Made by a program: the position numbers and the translations under genes
Assembly (NCBI GenBank): GCA_902793695.1
Contig: CADBEI010000010.1
Coordinates: 15,562 to 79,561, forward strand
Source: an uncultured Pseudomonadota bacterium
GTDB taxonomy: Bacteria; Pseudomonadota; Alphaproteobacteria; RF32; CAG-239
DNA length: 64,000 nt
Reading direction: 5' to 3'
Part shown: in pieces, positions 41,906 to 51,638 of the stretch
Layout: each line of letters opens with the position of its first letter
Position numbering within the stretch: position 1 is the first letter of the stretch
Notes under the pieces: model-generated
Told to the model about the DNA's origin: nothing
The model's database searches: none
The model's input: only the letters and a program-made list of their open reading frames with translations

Positions 41906-41954
41906 AAAGATTTATTTTTCAGACTTGCAGAGAATTTGAAAAAAGGTGAAAAAA

Positions 41955-42407
41955 ATGAAACTTAACGAATTAAAAGACAACGAAGGCGCTACCAAAAATC
42001 GTAAACGCGTAGGTCGCGGTATCGGTTGCGGTAAGGGCAAGACCTGTGGTCTCGGCCACAAAGGTCAAAAGGCTCGTGCCGGTGGTGCTAAAATGGGATT
42101 TGAAGGCGGTCAAATGCCGCTGTATCGTCAGTTGCCGAAGCATGGTTTTAAAAATCCGTTTGCAAAGACTTATGCCGTTGTAAACTTGGATACCATTCAA
42201 AAAGCTATTGACGGCGGCAAGTTGGATGCCAAGTCAATCAATGTTGAATCATTGCTCAGCTCTAACGTGATTTCTAAGAAGCTGGACGGCATTCGTTTGC
42301 TCGCACGCGGTGCAGTGACCAGCAAGATTGAAATCACCGTTAATTCGGCTTCTAAGGCAGCTGTAGAGGCTGTTGAGAAAGCCGGTGGCAAAGTAAATCT
42401 CATCTAG
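41955..42407 (+). CDS. rplO: 50S ribosomal protein L15
   Basis: Start at [11 protein letters not shown] with an AAGGTG RBS. Gly-rich N-terminal region typical of L15. Confidence 0.9.
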   Translation: MKLNELKDNEGATKNRKRVGRGIGCGKGKTCGLGHKGQKARAGGAKMGFEGGQMPLYRQLPKHGFKNPFAKTYAVVNLDTIQKAIDGGKLDAKSINVESLLSSNVISKKLDGIRLLARGAVTSKIEITVNSASKAAVEAVEKAGGKVNLI

Positions 42408-42430
42408 TTGGCAACTAATACAAAAATTAC

Positions 42431-42490
42431 GGGTCGGAAGTGTCCTCACGTACCTCTATGTACGCTCCGGTACTTCCGACCTTATTTTTT
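42431..42490 (+). terminator. Rho-independent terminator ending the S10-spc operon after rplO
   Basis: 10-bp stem ggtcggaagt / acttccgacc with a 30-nt loop containing a gtac...gtac palindrome, followed by T9. Confidence 0.55.
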
Positions 42491-42532
42491 ATTATTTGCG
42501 CGTACTATCTGAGATTTACATGGAGATATTAA

Positions 42533-42564
42533 AAAGGAGGTGCGACAAACACCTCCTTTTTTGA
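42533..42564 (+). terminator. Second hairpin followed by a T-run (back-up terminator, or the end of a small transcript)
   Basis: aggaggtg-cgacaaa-cacctcct followed by T6. Confidence 0.4.
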
Positions 42565-42580
42565 TAACATAATAAAGTAA

Positions 42581-42612
42581 AAAAACGGTCGGATATTCCG
42601 ACCGTTTAAGAT
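42581..42612 (-). terminator. Rho-independent terminator for the minus-strand repeat-protein gene
   Basis: aacggtcgga-tatt-tccgaccgtt with a T-run on the minus strand (A7 at 42577-42583). Confidence 0.55.
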
Positions 42613-42619
42613 TTTATCG

Positions 42620-43588
42620 CTAACCGTTTTGTTTTTTATTGGCTTTTATTTGGGCTAAATTTCTGCCCGGCAACGCATCACGGCTGACCGTACGCTTCGT
42701 ATTCTTCTTTTTAGGGGCGCGCTGTTGTTGAGTAGCAATTTGTTGTTCTTCCGGATTTCCAAATTTTAAACTATGGGAAAATTTGTGGGAGCGCAGGCGA
42801 ACAATGGTCGTTGCTTCGAAAGTATTATCATCATTATGTATAGTAGCTCGTTCATGAGCTATCAAATTTTTAACCACTTGCTCATGTTTTGCTTCAGCAT
42901 CTTTTGATGTAACGCTCCAAAAACCATCTTTTTCAATATTTCCATTTCCGCCGAATTCTTCATATCCAAATTCAAATTTTTTACTGCCGTCATCATATAT
43001 AACTTGCTCATGTTTTGCTTCAGCATCTTTTGATGTAACGCTCCAAAAACCATCTTTTTCAATATTTTTAAAGTCTCTGTCGAATTTTTCATATCCAAAA
43101 TATTGAGTTTCTTCTTCAACAGGAGCATGCATCGGTCTTTGTTTTGCTATCTCCTTTAATATCGACTGAAGAGAAGCACTTGTCGCACCATTTTCCCTCA
43201 GTTCTTTAATTTTCTCTACGACAAGCCGTATTGTTTCCTCATCAAAGTCATTAGTAACCCAATGTTTGACTTTACCATCCAATCTGAAGGTTTTCGGATC
43301 CTCATTTTCCCGTGCCTTATATTGCGGATCATGATAAACCTTTCCGCCATACCATGTATTATCATTTTCTTGCACAGAAACCAATACGGAATCCGGAGCG
43401 CCTTTGACACCTTTCTTGGTTATGGAGATACCCTGAGTGCTCATATCTTTAACAACCTGCTCGGTTTCGTGTTCTTTTTTCTTCTTGCTGTCTTCTTCCA
43501 ACTGTTTGTTGATAAAATAAGCTCCGGCACCGCTTAAGACAACGGCGGTTGCAATACCGGCGCATAATTGTTTCAGATTCTTAGCCAT
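42620..43588 (-). CDS. Secreted or membrane-anchored hypothetical protein (322 aa) with two about 42-aa tandem repeats and a basic C-terminal tail
   Basis: N-terminal hydrophobic anchor LCAGIATAVVLSGAGAYFI. The repeats are YEKFDRDFKNIEKDGFWSVTSKDAEAKHEQV and YEEFGGNGNIEKDGFWSVTSKDAEAKHEQV. The tail is APKKKNTKRTVSRD...KANKKQNG. Confidence 0.6.
   Translation of the reverse strand: MAKNLKQLCAGIATAVVLSGAGAYFINKQLEEDSKKKKEHETEQVVKDMSTQGISITKKGVKGAPDSVLVSVQENDNTWYGGKVYHDPQYKARENEDPKTFRLDGKVKHWVTNDFDEETIRLVVEKIKELRENGATSASLQSILKEIAKQRPMHAPVEEETQYFGYEKFDRDFKNIEKDGFWSVTSKDAEAKHEQVIYDDGSKKFEFGYEEFGGNGNIEKDGFWSVTSKDAEAKHEQVVKNLIAHERATIHNDDNTFEATTIVRLRSHKFSHSLKFGNPEEQQIATQQQRAPKKKNTKRTVSRDALPGRNLAQIKANKKQNG
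42877..43067. repeat. Perfect 65-bp direct repeat with period 126 bp inside the 42620..43588 gene
   Basis: cttgctcatgttttgcttcagcatcttttgatgtaacgctccaaaaaccatctttttcaatattt occurs at 42877-42941 and again at 43003-43067. Confidence 0.85.
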
Positions 43589-43837
43589 AACGATTCTCCT
43601 CTATAAAAACATTCCTATTAATTAAATAATAGAGGCAAAAATAAATTTTGTCAACACATTTTTGCAGAAATAACGCAAAGGATTAGTACGCAATTAGCGG
43701 GCTGGCGCAGTGTAATTTCGGCGGTGCAGAATATATAAAAATACGGATAATGTGATAAATACGACGAAAGCCTTTTCTCGAGGTGTACGGTACATAAGAG
43801 AAAAGGCTTTCAAATAGTTATCCGTTATACGGATTTT

Positions 43838-44848
43838 TTAGAATTGATCGGAGGTGCGTTTAATCAAATCTTCAATATTCTCCGGCGGCCAACCCGGTGT
43901 ATCCATACCCAAGTGAATACCCATCTTAGCCAATACTTCTTTGATTTCGTTCAAAGATTTACGACCAAAGTTCGGTGTACGCAACATTTCTGCTTCAGTC
44001 TTTTGAACCAAATCACCGATATAAACGATATTGTCGTTCTTCAAGCAGTTGGCCGAACGAACCGAAAGTTCGAGTTCGTCAACCTTGCGCAACAGATTTT
44101 TGTTGAACGGCAATTCTTCGCGGATGTCTTCAACTTCGCTTTCCGGTTCATCAAAGTTAATGAACGGTTTGAGCTGGTCTTGCAGAATGCGAGCTGCCAA
44201 AGCAACCGCATCTTCCGGCGAAACCACACCGTTGGTTTCAACAATCATCGTCAGTTTATCATAGTCCATAGCCTGATTAACGCGGGTATTTTCTACCTTA
44301 TAAGAAACTTTCTTAACCGGCGAATAAATCGCATCAACATTAATCAAACCGATAGGCGAGTCGCTGGTCATATTGGTAGAAGCCGGAACATAACCTTTAC
44401 CGGTGGTAACGGTTAATTCCATATTGATTTTGGCACCGGCATCGAGTGTGCAGATAATGTGGTCCGGATTCATGATTTCAACATCATGACCGGTTTCAAT
44501 CATTGCCGCAGTGACAATGCACGGACCTTCTGCCTTTAATGTCAGAGTTTTTGCCGATTCGCTGTGAACGGCAACCGCCAATTCCTTAACATTCAATACA
44601 ATGTCGGTTACATCTTCCATCACACCCGGAATAACCGAAAATTCATGTAATACACCGTCTATTTTGATAGCAGAAACGGCGCCGCCCTGTAATGAGGACA
44701 ACAAAACCCGACGCAATGCGTTACCGAGCGTCAGACCGAAGCCTCTTTCTAAAGGTTCAACCACAATTTTAGCTTTGTTTGTGCCTTCTGTTTGCGACAC
44801 ATCCAACTTTGTTGGTTTAATCAATTCTTGCCAATTCTTTTGAATCAC
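43838..44848 (-). CDS. rpoA: DNA-directed RNA polymerase alpha subunit
   Basis: 336 aa with N-terminal dimerisation and C-terminal alpha-CTD domains. Confidence 0.95.
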   Translation of the reverse strand: MIQKNWQELIKPTKLDVSQTEGTNKAKIVVEPLERGFGLTLGNALRRVLLSSLQGGAVSAIKIDGVLHEFSVIPGVMEDVTDIVLNVKELAVAVHSESAKTLTLKAEGPCIVTAAMIETGHDVEIMNPDHIICTLDAGAKINMELTVTTGKGYVPASTNMTSDSPIGLINVDAIYSPVKKVSYKVENTRVNQAMDYDKLTMIVETNGVVSPEDAVALAARILQDQLKPFINFDEPESEVEDIREELPFNKNLLRKVDELELSVRSANCLKNDNIVYIGDLVQKTEAEMLRTPNFGRKSLNEIKEVLAKMGIHLGMDTPGWPPENIEDLIKRTSDQF

Positions 44849-44934
44849 GGGTTTAATCCTTTTCTTTAGAGTTATATATGCATATATTTAAGCACGACGA
44901 CAGGCCAAATAAGGCCTGTGTCGCAAAATAAAAA

Positions 44935-45324
44935 CTAGACGCGGCGTCTTTTTCTCAAACGGCAGCCGTTGTGCGGAATAGGCGTTACATCGCGAATCGA
45001 AGTAATGGTAAAACCGATAACCTGCAATGCTCTGATTGCGGATTCTCTGCCCGAACCCGGACCTTTAACTTCTACTTCCAATGTTTTCATGCCGTTTTCC
45101 TGAGCCTTTTTACCGGCTTCTTCGGCAGCTACCTGAGCAGCATACGGTGTAGACTTTCTCGAACCCTTAAAACCTTGAGCACCGGCTGTTGACCAAGAAA
45201 CGGTATTGCCTTGAGCATCAGCGATGGTAACTCTTGTGTTGTTGAAAGAAGAATCGATGTGTGCCACACCCGAAGTAATATTCTTTTTTTCTTTCTTTTT
45301 TCTTTGAATTGTTGCTTTAGCCAT
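44935..45324 (-). CDS. rpsK: 30S ribosomal protein S11
   Basis: 129 aa, start taken at [11 protein letters not shown]. Confidence 0.9.
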   Translation of the reverse strand: MAKATIQRKKKEKKNITSGVAHIDSSFNNTRVTIADAQGNTVSWSTAGAQGFKGSRKSTPYAAQVAAEEAGKKAQENGMKTLEVEVKGPGSGRESAIRALQVIGFTITSIRDVTPIPHNGCRLRKRRRV

Positions 45325-45338
45325 TTGCACTCACCCCA

Positions 45339-45707
45339 CTATTTCTTCTTATTCGCAATGGTTTTACGTTTACCTTTACGGGTACGAGCATTTTGTTTGG
45401 TGCTCTGACCGCGTACCGGCAGACCTTTACGATGTCTTAAACCACGATAGCAACCCAAATCCATCAATCTTTTGATGTTGGTACCGACTTCACGGCGAAG
45501 TTCACCCTCTACCAGATAGTCGCTATCGATAACTTCACGAATCTTCATTACTTCATCATCGGATAAATCATTAACGCGGCGGTTAAGATCGATACCGGAC
45601 TTCGAGCAAATGTCTTGAGCAGACTTGCGTCCAATGCCGAAGATATAAGTCAGTGCGACTTCAATTCTCTTGGCACTTGGAATATTTACACCAGCTATAC
45701 GAGCCAA
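45339..45707 (-). CDS. rpsM: 30S ribosomal protein S13
   Basis: 122 aa. Confidence 0.95.
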   Translation of the reverse strand: MARIAGVNIPSAKRIEVALTYIFGIGRKSAQDICSKSGIDLNRRVNDLSDDEVMKIREVIDSDYLVEGELRREVGTNIKRLMDLGCYRGLRHRKGLPVRGQSTKQNARTRKGKRKTIANKKK

Positions 45708-45888
45708 ATTTAATCTCCATTATTTAATAAATTAAAACATTCAAAAAGTTGATCACCACTTTTCAAAATTAAGCGGATTATAGGCACGATATTTGTCAGA
45801 GTCAACACCTTTTTGCAAAAAAATTGAATTTTTTTTGCGATTTTAACGATTTTTTAAAAAACACCGCTGTCAGCGCCGATTTTACGGG

Positions 45889-46572
45889 TTAATCTTTATC
45901 ATCACTCAATCCGAGAACATCGTTTATCTTACGGCTTACGGCGTCGATAGTGCCGGTACCGTCTACGGTTTTAAGCAATCCGCGGGTTTCAAAAAACGGA
46001 ATGGTCGGATATGTCAGCAAACGATAGTTAATCAGGCGATTCTGTACCGTAGTGCGGTTATCATCTTTACGGCGGGCAAATTCGGTGCCGCCACAAACAT
46101 CGCATACTCCGTAAATCTGCGGCTTTTGGAATTTGTCGTGATAGCCGGCGCCGCATTGCATACAGGCGTAACGTCCTAAAATACGTTCCATAATGATTTC
46201 GTCGGGAACCTGAATTTCCAGAACAGCTGTCAGTTTAATATTCTGTTCGGCTAATAAATCCTCCAAAACCTCGGCTTGAGGCAGAGTGCGCGGGAATCCG
46301 TCCAAAATAAAGCCGTTGGCACAATCCGGTTCGGCAATCCGGTTTTTAACCATCTCAATAATCATTTCATCACTGGCAAATTCTCCGCGTTCCAGAGTTG
46401 CCTTCAACTCGTGGCCGAGCGGCGTATCCTTTTCGGCAAACTGACGCAGCATCTCGCCGGTAGATAAATGCGCAATATGGGTTTTTTCTTTTAAAATCCG
46501 AGCCTGTGTGCCTTTGCCGCAACCGGGAGCCCCCGTAAATACGACAAACAGGCCTTCTTTTGCTTCTGTCAT
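45889..46572 (-). CDS. adk: Adenylate kinase (long form with Cys4 zinc lid)
   Basis: P-loop GAPGCGKGTQ. Lid CMQCGAGYH...CDVCGG. Confidence 0.85.
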   Translation of the reverse strand: MTEAKEGLFVVFTGAPGCGKGTQARILKEKTHIAHLSTGEMLRQFAEKDTPLGHELKATLERGEFASDEMIIEMVKNRIAEPDCANGFILDGFPRTLPQAEVLEDLLAEQNIKLTAVLEIQVPDEIIMERILGRYACMQCGAGYHDKFQKPQIYGVCDVCGGTEFARRKDDNRTTVQNRLINYRLLTYPTIPFFETRGLLKTVDGTGTIDAVSRKINDVLGLSDDKD

Positions 46573-46575
46573 AAT

Positions 46576-47925
46576 TTAGCGATTCTTCTTACTGATTAAT
46601 GCCGCTTTTTTAAGCAAACCTTCGTATTGATAAGCAATCAAATGGGATTGAACCTGATTTACGAAGTCCATTGTTACCTGAACCACGATGAGTAGGGTAG
46701 TACCGCCCAAAACAAACGGAACACCGACTCGACTGATTAAGATTTCCGGCAGAATGCAAAGGCATACCAAATAAATTGAGGCAACCATCGTCAGACGCGT
46801 AATTACATAATCCAAATATTCGGCAGTGTTTTTACCCGGACGAATACCGGCAATAAATCCGCCATGCTTCTTTAAATTATCGGCAGTTTCTTCCGGATTG
46901 AATACCACGCCGGTATAAAAGAACGTAAAGAACAGGATTAAGAAGGCATATAAACCCAAATACAGCGGCTGACCGTGACCGAGTAACTGGCTCAAAGTTT
47001 GTACCCAACCCGGACCTTGTTCGGCCGAGAGATTGGCAATCGTAATCGGCAACAACAACAAAGAGCTGGCGAAAATCGGCGGAATAACACCGGTCGGGTT
47101 AATCTTGAGCGGCAAATGCGAGCTGTCGGCAGCCGTCATACGCATTCCCATCTGGCGCTTCGGATATTGAATCACGATACGGCGTTGTGCGCGTTCTACA
47201 AATACGATTACATAAATCAATGCCAAAGCCATAATCAGCAGCATAATGATTGTGCCGATAGACATTTGACCGGCGCGTCCCAATTCAAAAGTTTGTGCCA
47301 AGGCATTTGGAATATTGGCGATAATACCGACCGTAATGATGAGTGACGAGCCGTTACCGACGCCGCGCTGGGTAATCTGGTCGCCAAGCCACACAATGAA
47401 CATAGTGCCGCCCACCAAAGATACTATAGTCGAAAACTTAAACGCAAATGCCGGAATCAGCACGGCAGAAGCACCGTTGGCACCGGAAACACTCAACAAA
47501 CCGACGGCAATACCGTAACCTTGAATGATGGTAATAAGAACTGTCAACATTTTGGTATAGTGTACAACCTTGCGATGTCCGGCTTCACCTTCTTTTTTGA
47601 GGGCTTGCAAGGACGGAATAACCGATTGTCCGAGTTGAATGATAATGGACGCAGAAATGTAAGGCATAATGTTGAGGGCAAAAATAGTCATACGCTCCAA
47701 CGCACCGCCGGAAAACATATTAAACATACCCAAAATACCGCCCGAGTTGCGGCTGAACATTTCAGCCAAAACACCGGCGTTAATACCCGGAAGCGGGATA
47801 AACGTTCCCAAACGGAATACAATTAACGCCATAACGGTAAACCACAATCTTTTCTTAAGTTCTTCAGCCTTACCAAAGGCAGACATATCTAAGCCTGCTG
47901 CCATTTTTTCTGCTAACGAAGCCAT
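46576..47925 (-). CDS. secY: Preprotein translocase subunit SecY
   Basis: 10 TM. Start taken at MASLAEKMAAG with an AAGGATGA RBS. The upstream extension in the ORF track lacks an RBS. Confidence 0.85.
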   Translation of the reverse strand: MASLAEKMAAGLDMSAFGKAEELKKRLWFTVMALIVFRLGTFIPLPGINAGVLAEMFSRNSGGILGMFNMFSGGALERMTIFALNIMPYISASIIIQLGQSVIPSLQALKKEGEAGHRKVVHYTKMLTVLITIIQGYGIAVGLLSVSGANGASAVLIPAFAFKFSTIVSLVGGTMFIVWLGDQITQRGVGNGSSLIITVGIIANIPNALAQTFELGRAGQMSIGTIIMLLIMALALIYVIVFVERAQRRIVIQYPKRQMGMRMTAADSSHLPLKINPTGVIPPIFASSLLLLPITIANLSAEQGPGWVQTLSQLLGHGQPLYLGLYAFLILFFTFFYTGVVFNPEETADNLKKHGGFIAGIRPGKNTAEYLDYVITRLTMVASIYLVCLCILPEILISRVGVPFVLGGTTLLIVVQVTMDFVNQVQSHLIAYQYEGLLKKAALISKKNR

Positions 47926-48151
47926 TTTATCATCCTTTAAAAAATTTAAAACCAAATAAGGGGCACTTTTTGCCCATTGCCGATAATTTAATACACAAAA
48001 ATAAAATTTATGCAACAAAAATATGTTTATCCTCAATATTTTGTTGATGACTGGCGAATCGGTACAATTTCAGAAAAAGTGTTTTGTGTTGCGTATACTC
48101 TTTAGGCGGTATTGATATATTACCTGTGTTGAAAGATTTACGGTGCGGCAA

Positions 48152-48183
48152 TAAAAAACCCTGACCGAAATCAGGGTTTTGAT
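48152..48183. terminator. Bidirectional hairpin terminator downstream of alaS
   Basis: aaccctga-ccgaaa-tcagggtt flanked by an A-run and a T-run. Confidence 0.55.
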
Positions 48184-48188
48184 TTTGC

Positions 48189-50821
48189 TTATGCTACCAT
48201 TTGTTTTATTGTGGCAATGGCATCGCTTATTTTTTCTACATCGGTGCCGCCGGCTTGGGCCATATCCGGACGACCGCCTCCACCCTGACCGCCGAGAATT
48301 CCGGCAGCCGCACGCACCATGTCAACGGCATTGTACTTGCCGGTTAAATCCTTGCTGACACCGACCACAACCGAGGCTTTGCCGTCTTTGTCGGAACACA
48401 AAACCACAACGCCGGAACCGATTTTTTGCGTAATGTCATCAACAAATGCCTTCAGTTCTTTCGGATGGGCATCAGGTACCAATTTGCCGACGAATTTTAC
48501 GCCGTTAACGGTTTCTACCTCGTCTTTAGCCGAAGATTGACCACCGGCCAGACTTCTCTTTAAATTAAAGATTTCAGCTTCAAGTTTTTTGCGTTCTTCA
48601 AGCAATCCGGCAATTCTGGATTCCAAATCATTGATGTTGGTTTTCAGGCCGTTGGCCGCCGCATGCAACTTATCTTCCAAAAAGCGTACATAAGAATCCG
48701 CACCGCAACCGGTTACACATTCCAAACGACGCACTCCGGCGGCCACTGCAGATTCCGATAAAATATGAAAATAGCCGATGTTACCGGTAGAACAAACATG
48801 AGTTCCGCCGCAAAGTTCGCGTGAGAACGGGGCTTTTTCGTCGCCCATGGTAACCACGCGCACGTCGTCGCCGTATTTCTCGTCAAACAACGCCATGGCG
48901 CCGAGGGCAACCGCTTCGTCTTTATTCATAATTACGGTGTTGACTTTCAAATCATTACGAATCTGTTCGTTGACGATATCTTCCACCTTACGGATTTGTT
49001 CGGTCGTAATTTGTTTTGGGTGCGAAATATCAAAACGCATTCTGCCGGCTTCAACCGCCGAACCTTTTTGCGCCACATGGTCACCCAACACAATTTTTAA
49101 GGCTTTGTGCGCCAAGTGGGTTACCGAGTGATTGGCACAAATTTGTGTGCGATTTTCTTTGTTGACTTCAAAATTGGCAAATTCGCCGACCTTAACCGTA
49201 CCGCTTTGCAATTCGCACACGTGAGCATATACGTCATTTAATTTTGGCTTGCAGTCAACGACTTTGGCCGTAAAGTTTTTGGAGGTAATCATACCGATAT
49301 CGCCGACCTGACCGCCGCGCTCGGCATAAAACGGAGTCTGATTGGCAACCAGCTCAAATTTGCCGGAAGTTACTTCGTTTACTTCTTTATCATCTTGTAC
49401 CAGAGCTTTAATTTCGCCGTCGGCTTTTAAGGTGTTGTAGCCCAAAAATTCGGTGGCACCACACTTATCTTTAATACCGTACCAAACTTTGGCCACGCCT
49501 TCGTCACCGGAACCGGCCCAGTTTTTGCGAGCTTCTGCTTTTTGTTTTTCCATACAGGCGTTAAATCCGTCAATATCAACTTCAAGATTCTTGCTCTTGA
49601 GCGCGTCTTGTGTCAAGTCGAGAGGAAAACCGTAAGTGTCATAAAGTTTGAATGCGGTTTCTCCGCCGAGTTTGGCACCGGAAGGTAATTTAGCTATTTC
49701 ATCATCAAGCAGTTTTAATCCTTTATCCAGCGTGCGACCGAAACGTTCTTCTTCGATTTCGATGGTTTCACGTATCAGATTCTCGCGCGCGTAAAGTTCG
49801 GGATAGGCTTCGCCCATTTCTTTTTGTAACGTCGGCAACAGCTTATAAATCATCGGTTCTTTTACGCCGAGCATATAGGCATGACGCATGGCACGGCGCA
49901 TAATACGGCGCAGAACATAGCCGCGGCCTTCGTTGGACGGTAATACGCCGTCGGCAATTAAAAAGCTGATGGCGCGTAAATGGTCGGCAATCACGTTGTG
50001 TGAGGCCTTGAGCGGGCCGTTCGGATCGGTGTCGGCAATATCGGCGATGGCTTTGATGATATGTCGGAACATATCTGTTTCAAAGTTTGAGTGAACACCT
50101 TGCAAAATGGCGGCAATACGCTCCAAACCCATACCGGTATCGATAGACGGGCGTTTTAAATTAATGCGTGAGCCGTCCGGCAAATCTTCAAATTGGTCAA
50201 ATACCAGATTCCAAATTTCAATAAAACGATCGCCGTCTTCTTCCGGAGTCCCCGGTAAACCTCCCCATACTTCCGGACCGTGGTCATAAAAAATCTCGGA
50301 ACACGGACCGCATGGGCCGGTATCACCCATTTGCCAAAAGTTATCTTTGGTGGCAATACGAATAATGCGGTCTTCCGGCAAACCGGAAACTTTTTTCCAA
50401 ATATCGTGAGCCTCGTCGTCGTCATGATAAATCGTAACCGCTAATTTTTCTTTTGGCAGGCAAAATTCTTTGGTCAGCAACTCCCACGCATACGGAATGG
50501 CGTAGTCCTTAAAATAATCACCGAAAGAAAAGTTGCCCAGCATTTCAAAAAACGTATGGTGGCGTACATCATAACCCACACTGTCCAAATCATTGTGTTT
50601 ACCACCGGCACGCACACTCTTTTGAGCAGTGGCCGCTCGAGTGTAGTCACGGGTTTCGTTACCGGCCAGAATGTTTTTAAATTGCACCATTCCGGAGTTG
50701 GTAAACATCAAAGTCGGGTCGTTATCCGGCACCCCAAAGACGATGACGGAACTATTTTGTGACCGTTCTTTGCAAAATAATCCAAAAACGTTTTACGAAT
50801 TTCATTTACACCGATTGTCAT
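48189..50821 (-). pseudogene. alaS: Alanine--tRNA ligase with a frameshift after codon about 29. The first about 32 codons ([29 protein letters not shown]..., ATG at 50821) are in a different frame from the main 847-codon ORF (48189..50732).
   Basis: The main ORF begins within the conserved ...[15 protein letters not shown] motif. The upstream frame encodes the canonical AlaRS N-terminus. The frames diverge at a G4 run (C4 on the + strand, 50733-50736). The canonical ...[12 protein letters not shown] spacing predicts GG here, so 2 nt are extra. Confidence 0.8.
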
Positions 50822-50965
50822 TTTGTATCCTTAATTTTAAGCTTAAAAATTTTTCACTGACGCGCAGATTATAACAAACTTTGGCGCTTGTCCATATTTA
50901 TTTGCAAAAAAAATATTGACAAATAAAAGAAATGCGTTATAAAACCGATAACAAACCCTATAATT

Positions 50966-51451
50966 ATGGTAAAAAAAATGATTATCTTGGCAGTTTGCTT
51001 TATGCTTTCTGCCGTTACCGCCGGCGCTCAGCGCGGTATTACTAAAATCGAGCGCGATTCTGTGGAGATTGTTATGAAAGACGCTCCCAGTTTTGAACAT
51101 CAACGTTTTGTGTATGGTTTGTACAAGGACAAACAAGAGCTTCTTCCCATGGTTTATGACATGGTTGAGGAGCGCTCCGTTAAGCTGATGGCCTTCTTTA
51201 AGGATACGGAGATTTTGGTCTACGACACAGACGGAACTTTGGTAGACAAAGCTGTTTTGGAGTTTCCGATTGATCGACATTCTGTCGTGAAATTTGAGGA
51301 AATTGACAGTCGCCGCGGTGAAAATATGTATGAGTTGGTGATATATTACAACGACAACGATTGGATATTTCAGCCCATAGGTACGTATTGCCGCAATGAT
51401 TATCATCTTTATAGAATTATAATCACCATGGAAGCGGAGTTAATTAAGTAA
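50966..51451 (+). CDS. Secreted hypothetical protein (161 aa) with a Sec signal peptide
   Basis: MVKKMIILAVCFMLSAVTAGAQRG signal. Strong terminator downstream. Confidence 0.55.
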   Translation: MVKKMIILAVCFMLSAVTAGAQRGITKIERDSVEIVMKDAPSFEHQRFVYGLYKDKQELLPMVYDMVEERSVKLMAFFKDTEILVYDTDGTLVDKAVLEFPIDRHSVVKFEEIDSRRGENMYELVIYYNDNDWIFQPIGTYCRNDYHLYRIIITMEAELIK

Positions 51452-51452
51452 A

Positions 51453-51492
51453 ACAAAAGGTCGGATTGATTTCCGACCTTTTGTTTTTTTTT
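51453..51492 (+). terminator. Rho-independent terminator
   Basis: aaaaggtcgga-ttgat-tccgacctttt followed by T10. Confidence 0.6.
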
Positions 51493-51638
51493 GTATAAAA
51501 AATTGTGAAATAACAATAAGATAGTCCATGTATTCAGTGTGTTGAAAATAAAAACAAAAAAGTTAAAAAAATGCTGGAAAAATTAAAAAAAATATGCTAC
51601 AATCAAAAGAAGTATTGGGACTTTTAAAAGGGTGCGCT

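Noticed and set aside
42497-42540. 14-codon ORF (MEILKRRCDKHLLF) between two terminators after rplO
   Set aside because: It is too short and overlaps the hairpin. It is more likely a terminator structure than a peptide gene.
43844-44416. 190-aa ORF on the + strand
   Set aside because: It is entirely antisense to rpoA. It is a shadow ORF of a highly expressed conserved gene.
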